Assembly (NCBI RefSeq): GCF_000009705.1
Contig: NC_003276.1
Coordinates: 1 to 32,000, forward strand
Reading direction: 5' to 3'
DNA length: 32,000 bases
Source: Nostoc sp. PCC 7120 = FACHB-418
GTDB taxonomy: Bacteria; Cyanobacteriota; Cyanobacteriia; Cyanobacteriales; Nostocaceae
In this document: positions 25,826 through 32,000 of the stretch, piece by piece
Position numbering within the stretch: the first letter of the stretch is position 1
How the letters are laid out: each line of letters begins with the position of its first letter
Made by a program: the position numbers and the translations under genes
Notes under the pieces: generated by a model
Database searches by the model: none
What the model was told of the DNA's origin: nothing
Seen by the model: the letters and a program-made list of their open reading frames with translations, nothing else

Positions 25826-26115
25826 TTTGGTATAACCCAATTTCTTGTTTTAGTCCCTTCCCGCAACAAGGTTAAGATGTCTTGGCTTTACCCAACTTCT
25901 GAACCAATCAGAATTACAGAGGGCTAAACTAGGGAAGCATTTAGCCGTGTTTACCAAACCTTGTCTCAATGCGGTATTCACCTTTTGCATTGTCTAAATT
26001 GGTTTAGACAATCCCTGCACTTTTAGAGGCAGGGATGGTGAAAGTTTTGTCCCCTAATCCTGAACCTTCTCAAATCCCAGCCAAAAATTTCGCAGAATTA
26101 CAATTCTAACTGGTT
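25826..26115 (-). ncRNA. Candidate omega-RNA scaffold upstream of isrB (boundaries approximate)
   Basis: About 290 nt are non-coding on the isrB strand and hold several perfect stems. The stem pairs are 25990-25998/26003-26011 (9 bp), 26013-26018/26029-26034 (6 bp), 25922-25928/25940-25946 (7 bp) and 25897-25902/25908-25913 (6 bp). The palindrome AGAATT..AATTCT lies at 26093-26106. The loop GGGAAG (25932-25937) can pair with CTTCCC (25857-25862), a possible pseudoknot. The position matches published IscB/IsrB omega-RNAs. Confidence 0.5.
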
Positions 26116-26176
26116 TTTGTATAGACGTGTTTCAGGAATTGATTGCCTCTACTCCAAAGCGATTGTCTGTAACTCT

Positions 26177-26473
26177 TCACCCCATCAATACCACCCAATC
26201 GGGAACCGCAGCTACCAACTGCTCAAACATCTGCGGCTCTTGCTCATCAATCGCCATTATCACGCCTCAGCGCTCGTCACTATTGAGGGTGGAGAGGAAC
26301 TGTTTGACTGCATCAACCCCATGCGTTACCCGTGACATCGCAAGCGTAGCGTAAGATTTTACTTGTTGCCACCATGAATCACAGGGGTCACAACAATTCG
26401 CAATTTCCAATTCACAATTTGCAGTTATTTCCTCATGAGTAAAGTCGGAGGCTTGGATATTGATGGCACACAT
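26177..26473 (-). pseudogene. Extra, diverged copy of the CyRepA C-terminal domain with an in-frame TGA
   Basis: It reads [97 protein letters not shown]. This is colinear with the last roughly 95 residues of the 1132-aa protein (PINIIG...[70 protein letters not shown]). TGA at 26267-26269 replaces the Trp codon. A 37-nt identical run lies at 26215-26251 and 27551-27587. Confidence 0.75.
26394..26421. repeat. Tandem heptamer repeat (CAATTCG CAATTTC CAATTCA CAATTTG) inside the CyRepA-C paralogue
   Basis: Read directly. It encodes the ..ANCELEIANC.. stretch, which has no counterpart in the full-length gene. Confidence 0.7.
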
Positions 26474-26756
26474 TTTATTTTTTCATCTCTTTATTAATGT
26501 GCTACTTGATATTTTGGCACAAGTAATATTATCCATTAGAAGATTTTTAAAGCTTTCTTTCAGAGATAGATACTTATAAAACTTAGTTAAAAAATCAAAT
26601 TGATATTTTATAGAAATTAAATATTGTGACAAATACTAAAGTGTCACTTAATTGATTGCTGATTGTGAAATGAAAATTTTATAGTTCGTTATATATTACA
26701 ACTACAGTTGGGTACTAGTAATAGCTAATAACGAGTAAATTTTACTAAGTTTTTAT

Positions 26757-27449
26757 ATGTTTACAGCCATCTCAAATAGAAAAGCGATACTAGCTCTGTT
26801 ACTGTTAGTACCAGTTCCAAGTGTTGGGGTAGCGGCTGGATTATATCTTCCCGGAATTTTAGGAACTTCAGTAGCTTTGTTTTCTAAAATCTGGATGTTA
26901 CTAGTACCAATTGTCTGGTTAGTGTTTATAGAGCCAGAGGATTTCCATCTAAAAGCTCAACAGGCTCAAGGACGTGATTTATTAGTTGGGCTGGGATTAG
27001 GATTATTGATGTTGGGCATGATTTTAATGACTTATAAGTGGCTAGGTTCACAATGGATAGATGTTGAATATGTTCGTGAACGTGCAAGACAAATTGGATT
27101 GAATAATTTTGTAATTTATTTGATAGGTTCAGGGTATTGGGTATTTATTAATTCCTTACTTGAAGAATTTGTTTGGCGTTGGTTTGTCTATCGCCAATGT
27201 GAAATACTAGTGTCTAGTCCATTTGCTGTAGTTTTATCAGCATTGTTTTTCACAATTCATCATATTGTTGGTTTAGCAGCATACTTCGACTGGCGTGCGA
27301 CAACATTATGTTCATTGGGTGTGTTCATTGCCGGGCTGATATGGTCATGGTGCTACTTAACTTATCGCTCAATCTGGGTTGGATACATCAGCCATGTTTT
27401 TGCAGATATAGCAATTTTTATCGTTGGCTGGCAACTTCTGTTCACGTAA
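26757..27449 (+). CDS. CPBP-family intramembrane metalloprotease (CAAX protease / Abi-like)
   Basis: The 230-aa polytopic membrane ORF has the three family motifs: EEFVWR (EExxxR), FFTIHH (FxxxH) and HVFAD (HxxxD/N). Confidence 0.85.
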   Translation: MFTAISNRKAILALLLLVPVPSVGVAAGLYLPGILGTSVALFSKIWMLLVPIVWLVFIEPEDFHLKAQQAQGRDLLVGLGLGLLMLGMILMTYKWLGSQWIDVEYVRERARQIGLNNFVIYLIGSGYWVFINSLLEEFVWRWFVYRQCEILVSSPFAVVLSALFFTIHHIVGLAAYFDWRATTLCSLGVFIAGLIWSWCYLTYRSIWVGYISHVFADIAIFIVGWQLLFT

Positions 27450-27520
27450 CTATCTCGGTTGCTCAATCCAGTTAGGAGGTTATTGCATCAACTCGGTATA
27501 ATCGCCCCAAACCTAAAAAC

Positions 27521-30500
27521 TCACCCCATCCACTGTACCCAATCGTGAGCCTGTGCCACCAACTGCTCAAACATCTGCGGCTCTTGCTCATCAATTGCCA
27601 TCATCACGCCCCATTTTTCATCACTAGTGAGGGTGCTGAGGAACTGTTTGACTGATTCCACCCCATGAGCTACCCGTTCCATTGCCAGTTGGGCATAAAA
27701 TTTTACCTGCCCCCACCAAGAATCACAGGGGTCAAGCTGTCCGTCCATACCCCCGCAATTATTATCTCCAATTATATTAATGGGGGGTGTGGACGGGGCA
27801 TCAATACCATACATAGCCTGTATCCTAGCCGCATACGCCGCCTGAGCCTCCCGTTCCTCTTGTCGTCGCCTTTCCCTCTCATCCCTCAACCGTTGCCGAT
27901 ACTCAAGAACCTTCTGGGTAAACGCAACATCCTCAGTGCTTAAGCGGTAATACCTCACACGCTTACCATCTTCTAAAGGCCGCCGCGACTGGGTAGACAG
28001 TGCCAGTTGACCCAGGTATTGACTTAAAATCCAAATTGGAGACTCATCAAGAGGTATAGTCAAGTTAAGGATGCCTTTGATATGGGTGGTATTACGTTTT
28101 GAGAAGTCAGCCAATGCTTCAATAGTCGCTTCATCTCCCTTAATCTCTACCCCATCCATCAAATCTGTCAATATCGCCCTCAAACCCAACCGATGACGTA
28201 TGAGCCAGGATGTGGAATGATTGCCCCAATCGGTACAAATAGCCAAGCGATCGCGTTCCCCCTTATCCCGTTCCACCACCACATCAGGCGGCGTAACGAA
28301 CTCGCGCCCCTGCTCATCAGTAACAACATCCCCTGGCGCTGCCAAGATAGCCTCAAGTGCAACAATCTTTTTAATGAGCCGTCCGCCGTCATCTTTCTCA
28401 ACTAGCTCAGGTGTAACAGCCATACCGTAGGTATCCCAAATACGGAATTTCTCACACTCTAGAGCTTCTTCTGGCTTGAGGTAGTCCTGGTGTTGCCTAG
28501 CAGTGTAAGTTTTTCTATCGATATCCTTGGCATTAGCCACTTTCTGATAATGTTCAGAGTCAATGGCATTTCCCGCCGCCTTCATCAAATGCCGTGCAGC
28601 TTCATCCATTTTATCCCCGGCTGGAACAATGGTGTTACCCATTTCCACGAGAAGCGATCGCAGATCAGCACGCAAATTATTGATAGACCAGTTCCTCTGC
28701 GCCTCAATCTGACAATACGTATCTAACGCCCAGTCTTTTTCCGCGCCGCGCTGACCCGTTTCCTTGTCGATGCGGATTAAAAACGCGGTCATTTCATTTT
28801 TCTGAAGGATTTTCTCTTTGATGTGCCGGGGGTTAGTTTCCGCATAACCAAACGGAGGGCGAGGCGCTACCCAAACGTGCATCGGGACGTTAGGACGATA
28901 CCGCCACAACTGTTGAACGCATTCAGTGGCTGATTGGGAAACGGCGTGAAACACCCCAAATATTACATCAAAATGGTAGGTGGAAATATCAACGCCAGTA
29001 CCGAGGCTAGGAGTAGTTAACAGCGCATCAACTGATTGAATTGCGGTGTTAATCTCCCTGATGAAAATAATATTCTCTTCACTACCGCTATTTTCTGAGT
29101 GAATAGTCCAAATCCTAAGCTGTCGGTCATCTTCTGATTCTGGCGCATTATCTTCGGGCAATTCGCAATTCTCCAAGTTGGGAATTGTTGCTGCCCTCTG
29201 CCCCTTGTCCTTTTTCCCCCTGTACATTTGCGCTGCTACTTCATTCAAAGCGCGTTCTAACTTTTTGATGAATCGTTTACTATCGCTGACGACAATCGGC
29301 TTCAGTCCTAACATCAACTGAACATGGATTTGAGCAACGATGGCGCTGCTGTCATCACCCTCATACCAATGAACTTTGCGATCGCCTGACCGATACTCAT
29401 TCTTGATGATGAAGGGTTTCTCGCCTTGGGGTCGCATCGCCCTGAAGAAGTCAATGGTCAAATCGTCTAAGTGGGCATCAGCCAAAACCACCAGCTTGGC
29501 ATTGTACACCAGATACTCTAACACCTCCAGAATCAGCCCCCGGTGTTCCTTACAGGTTTTGGACTGGAGTAAATGGGCGAGATACTGACAAGCTTCGTCG
29601 ATAAATATAATTTCATAAGCCCGTAAATCATTTGCCATCTTATACAATGAGTCTACGGTGATGCTGAGAGCGTGGACGGCTGCCCAATCGCCGCAAGCGA
29701 TCGCTGAGTACATGACAGTCAGCAGGCGATCGCTGAGATTCTTTAGCAAACTCACCCGATGCCCATTGTTCAAAAAGCTCAAATCTGGGTTATCTCTTCT
29801 GATAATAGCCATCAATTCTGTCTTGCCAGTACCCATATCCGAAGCCAAGCCAACCAAACCAGACTGAGGCAAGGAACCGATGGCTTGGGACAAATAACGG
29901 GTGTTAACTGTGACATTGGGCTTGTACTTATGTAGTCCTCTCGGCTTTTTGAAGAAAAACCTCTGGTGATATTCTTGCAGGGTAAGGGCATCAGCAATCA
30001 TTGCCGATACTGCCTTGTCAGCCTTCTTGCCTAAAGCCACCACCCAATCATCGATGCCCTTCTCTGGCCCTGGCAATAATGCGATACTACACTCGCAGCC
30101 AGCGTCTTGGATGACATGGGCGGTGCGGCGTGTGGCTTGAAAGACTTGCAGTTGTGTCTTGGGTTTAGTTTCGTAATCAAACAGGATGATGAATCTGCGA
30201 CCGGGTTGAGCCATCGGTACTAAGTCAGGGTGCAGCCGCTCGAAATCTTCCTTGCCGACGCGACCATTCCATATTCCAGGGAGTGCGATCGCGGCAAATC
30301 CCAGAGATAATAGACAAGCCGCCTTCTTCTCACCTTCGGTAAGAGTAATCGTTATTTCGGGATGTGCCAGCACCCAAGCCCAGAATCCTAAAGCTTCACC
30401 TTCTGGCGTGATGACGATATTCTCTGGCATCGGCACGTCATAGCGCAAAGATACCAACTGCCAAATGCTCAGGGTAACTCGGAAGTAACCCAGACGGTTC

Positions 30501-30919
30501 GGGGTTTTGGGGGGAGACTCGTATTTGATTGGCTTCGGCGAAGAAGCAGTGGAAGCAAGGGAGGCAGGGGAGGAATGAATACTAAATTCTCCCCCTGCTC
30601 CCCCTGCTGCACCCCTCCCCCTGCTGTGTTGTTCCCATTCCAGTCGCGGACAATCAGGCTTCAACCGTCCCCAGTCCATCGGCAGCCAGTCGTTGAGCGG
30701 GTCGAGTCCACTGACCCACCAAGCATTAGTGATGTGGGCGTATAGTCGCAAATACCCAAACCGTAGCCGTCCGTCGTTTCTTCTGGCAGTTTGGGGTAAA
30801 GCATACAACAAGTATTCGTATATTTCGTCTCCTAAGAGCGATCGCACGTTGAGCAAAATCAATTTTTCATCAACGCCACTGTTGAGCCATTCTTGCAAAT
30901 GATGAGGTTCGAGATTCAT
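27521..30919 (-). CDS. CyRepA-like plasmid replication protein (DUF3854/Toprim-like primase domain plus P-loop helicase domain)
   Basis: The 1132-aa ORF has a Toprim-like region ([45 protein letters not shown]). Walker A is [11 protein letters not shown] and Walker B is [10 protein letters not shown]. The overall architecture matches cyanobacterial CyRepA-type Rep proteins as I recall them. Confidence 0.75.
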   Translation of the reverse strand: MNLEPHHLQEWLNSGVDEKLILLNVRSLLGDEIYEYLLYALPQTARRNDGRLRFGYLRLYAHITNAWWVSGLDPLNDWLPMDWGRLKPDCPRLEWEQHSRGRGAAGGAGGEFSIHSSPASLASTASSPKPIKYESPPKTPNRLGYFRVTLSIWQLVSLRYDVPMPENIVITPEGEALGFWAWVLAHPEITITLTEGEKKAACLLSLGFAAIALPGIWNGRVGKEDFERLHPDLVPMAQPGRRFIILFDYETKPKTQLQVFQATRRTAHVIQDAGCECSIALLPGPEKGIDDWVVALGKKADKAVSAMIADALTLQEYHQRFFFKKPRGLHKYKPNVTVNTRYLSQAIGSLPQSGLVGLASDMGTGKTELMAIIRRDNPDLSFLNNGHRVSLLKNLSDRLLTVMYSAIACGDWAAVHALSITVDSLYKMANDLRAYEIIFIDEACQYLAHLLQSKTCKEHRGLILEVLEYLVYNAKLVVLADAHLDDLTIDFFRAMRPQGEKPFIIKNEYRSGDRKVHWYEGDDSSAIVAQIHVQLMLGLKPIVVSDSKRFIKKLERALNEVAAQMYRGKKDKGQRAATIPNLENCELPEDNAPESEDDRQLRIWTIHSENSGSEENIIFIREINTAIQSVDALLTTPSLGTGVDISTYHFDVIFGVFHAVSQSATECVQQLWRYRPNVPMHVWVAPRPPFGYAETNPRHIKEKILQKNEMTAFLIRIDKETGQRGAEKDWALDTYCQIEAQRNWSINNLRADLRSLLVEMGNTIVPAGDKMDEAARHLMKAAGNAIDSEHYQKVANAKDIDRKTYTARQHQDYLKPEEALECEKFRIWDTYGMAVTPELVEKDDGGRLIKKIVALEAILAAPGDVVTDEQGREFVTPPDVVVERDKGERDRLAICTDWGNHSTSWLIRHRLGLRAILTDLMDGVEIKGDEATIEALADFSKRNTTHIKGILNLTIPLDESPIWILSQYLGQLALSTQSRRPLEDGKRVRYYRLSTEDVAFTQKVLEYRQRLRDERERRRQEEREAQAAYAARIQAMYGIDAPSTPPINIIGDNNCGGMDGQLDPCDSWWGQVKFYAQLAMERVAHGVESVKQFLSTLTSDEKWGVMMAIDEQEPQMFEQLVAQAHDWVQWMG
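30589..30623. repeat. Three copies of the nonamer CTCCCCCTG inside the CyRepA-like gene
   Basis: The copies lie at 30589-30597, 30598-30606 and 30615-30623. GGCAGGGGAGG at 30563-30573 is nearly complementary. Together they encode the low-complexity stretch [26 protein letters not shown]. Confidence 0.7.
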
Positions 30920-30948
30920 ATTCCCCCCTATAGACGCATGAAAGAGTT

Positions 30949-30970
30949 AGCGGTATGGCCCCATACCGCT
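30949..30970. promoter_or_regulatory. Near-perfect 22-bp palindrome 30 nt upstream of the CyRepA-like start codon
   Basis: AGCGGTATGG-cc-CCATACCGCT has 10-bp arms. It lies in the 99-bp spacer between the 251-aa gene and the Rep gene. It could be an operator, a terminator/attenuator or an origin-related site. Confidence 0.4.
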
Positions 30971-31018
30971 AGAGAATGTCCGTAATGAAATTGGTTAGAT
31001 GCTTGAACTAGTTGATGC

Positions 31019-31774
31019 TTAGTTTTGTTCTTGGGAGAAAACCTCAATCAAAATACTTTCGGGGTAGAGTCCGACTCTGCCAAACCTGGGGTCACGAATG
31101 CGTTCTATTTCAATGCCTTTCTTGCGGCACAATGCACTAGCTTTTTTTCCTTTAGCACCAGCCTCTTTGGCTGATATCTCTAAACCCTGAAGATTGGCGA
31201 AACCCACGATGCTGTATTTATGACCACATGGGGCATTAAAGCGATCTTGTTCGACTTCCACTCCTTTAAGTCGATACAATATTTCGTGCTGGCGCTGTTC
31301 TTGCTCTAACAGCCGTTGCTCTTGTTGGGCCATTTGATGTGCGATCGCAGCAAGTAGTTGGATTTGGGTCATGCTGGTTTCGTCAGTTGCAGGTTTTGTC
31401 CAACCTAACTTTTCCTGAATCCAAGCGCGGATACCGATGGTGTTGAATGAACGGCAGACCAACCTTGCTTGCTTAGTACAATACCGCCCGGCATCGAAGC
31501 CGTAATATTCTAAAATGATGGCGATCGCCATATCTGGGATGCCTTCGGTTTTCCACCCTAACAGGTTAACGGCTTCAAACCCAGATTCTAAAAGCATTTG
31601 AGCTAATTTGGATGGCTCTTGGTTAACACTATCTAAGGTTTTGAGAATTGCTGTAGCACTTACCCCAGCCAATCTTGCGGTTGCCCGAAGGCTGGCTTTA
31701 GCTTTACCAGATGCGTCAACTTCAATCTCTTGTTTTATCTGTTCGATGATTTGTGCAATTTCGATTTGTGACAT
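31019..31774 (-). CDS. Hypothetical protein upstream of the Rep gene (possible phage antirepressor/KilA-like DNA-binding protein)
   Basis: The 251-aa ORF is on the same strand as the Rep gene. It has an N-terminal HTH-like segment (LRATARLAGVSATAILKTL) and a central Q/E-rich coiled region. The function call is weak. Confidence 0.5.
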   Translation of the reverse strand: MSQIEIAQIIEQIKQEIEVDASGKAKASLRATARLAGVSATAILKTLDSVNQEPSKLAQMLLESGFEAVNLLGWKTEGIPDMAIAIILEYYGFDAGRYCTKQARLVCRSFNTIGIRAWIQEKLGWTKPATDETSMTQIQLLAAIAHQMAQQEQRLLEQEQRQHEILYRLKGVEVEQDRFNAPCGHKYSIVGFANLQGLEISAKEAGAKGKKASALCRKKGIEIERIRDPRFGRVGLYPESILIEVFSQEQN

Positions 31775-32000
31775 AGTTTTAGTTGTGTGATGGAGGGAAC
31801 AAGTTAAAATCTGCTGAGGCTGGTGGAGAAATTCAGACCATCACCCGTACCAAGTCTGCTTCCTTCACCAATGAAAATCTGCGGGGCATCATGTCTATTT
31901 GTGGAAGAGTTGGGGAGATAGTTTCGATTAAATAAACCAACTCACCACGAACCAGCGCAACTCCCAAGACTAGCCTCTGTCTTGGGGCGGCACTGCAAGA

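Noticed and set aside
26117-26354. Plus-strand ORFs 26117-26335 and 26127-26354
   Set aside because: They are antisense to the segment that is colinear, codon for codon, with the Rep C-terminus. The minus-strand reading is the meaningful one.
27665-30902. About ten short ORFs on both strands inside 27521-30919
   Set aside because: All are embedded in the 1132-aa Rep-like ORF, which has coherent Toprim-like and P-loop motifs.
1-32000. tRNA, rRNA, riboswitch or CRISPR features
   Set aside because: No cloverleaf-type GTTCRANYC arms in a suitable context, no rRNA-like conserved stretches and no spaced repeats were seen by eye. A tRNAscan/Infernal run would be needed to exclude them formally.

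Overview
The window looks like cyanobacterial, Nostocales-type accessory or plasmid-like DNA. Supporting signs are many GCGATCGC (HIP1) palindromes, tandem heptamer repeats, a PEP-CTERM/HAF-repeat protein and a microviridin cluster. Everything here comes from reading the sequence and ORF track and from recalled family motifs; no searches were run.

Layout:
- 1-5.8 kb: an IS graveyard. An ISL3 transposase gene is split by a partial IS5-family element (1-640) and by a complete 1677-bp IS (1716-3392, perfect 24-bp inverted repeats, 8-bp target duplication). Next come a four-helix-bundle gene and an IS200/IS605 remnant with intact tnpA and truncated tnpB.
- 5.8-12.8 kb: a microviridin-type (graspetide) RiPP cluster. 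The precursor has the PFFARFL leader motif and three TxK[YF]PSDx[ED][ED] cores. Two ATP-grasp ligases and HlyD follow it, a C39-peptidase ABC exporter is divergent, and a GNAT sits beside that.
- 12.8-18.9 kb: a GAF-LuxR regulator, a MAPEG-like protein, an AT-rich block of uncharacterised genes, a Mo-nitrogenase-C-domain protein and gene remnants.
- 18.9-21.1 kb: a HAF-repeat PEP-CTERM gene whose signal-peptide region is split by a complete IS5-family element with a TTA duplication.
- 21.4-24.7 kb: a RapA/SNF2-like helicase.
- 24.7-26.1 kb: an IsrB-type OMEGA gene (PLMP motif, split RuvC, no HNH) with a hairpin-rich leader of about 290 nt that is a candidate omega-RNA.
- 26.2-31.8 kb: a CyRepA-like primase-helicase replication gene. 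A diverged extra copy of its C-terminal domain forms a direct repeat bracketing a CPBP protease gene, and a 251-aa gene lies upstream.

Best candidates for a second look are the IsrB/omega-RNA locus, including its tight same-strand link to the SNF2 helicase, and the triple-core microviridin cluster with its double-glycine export module.
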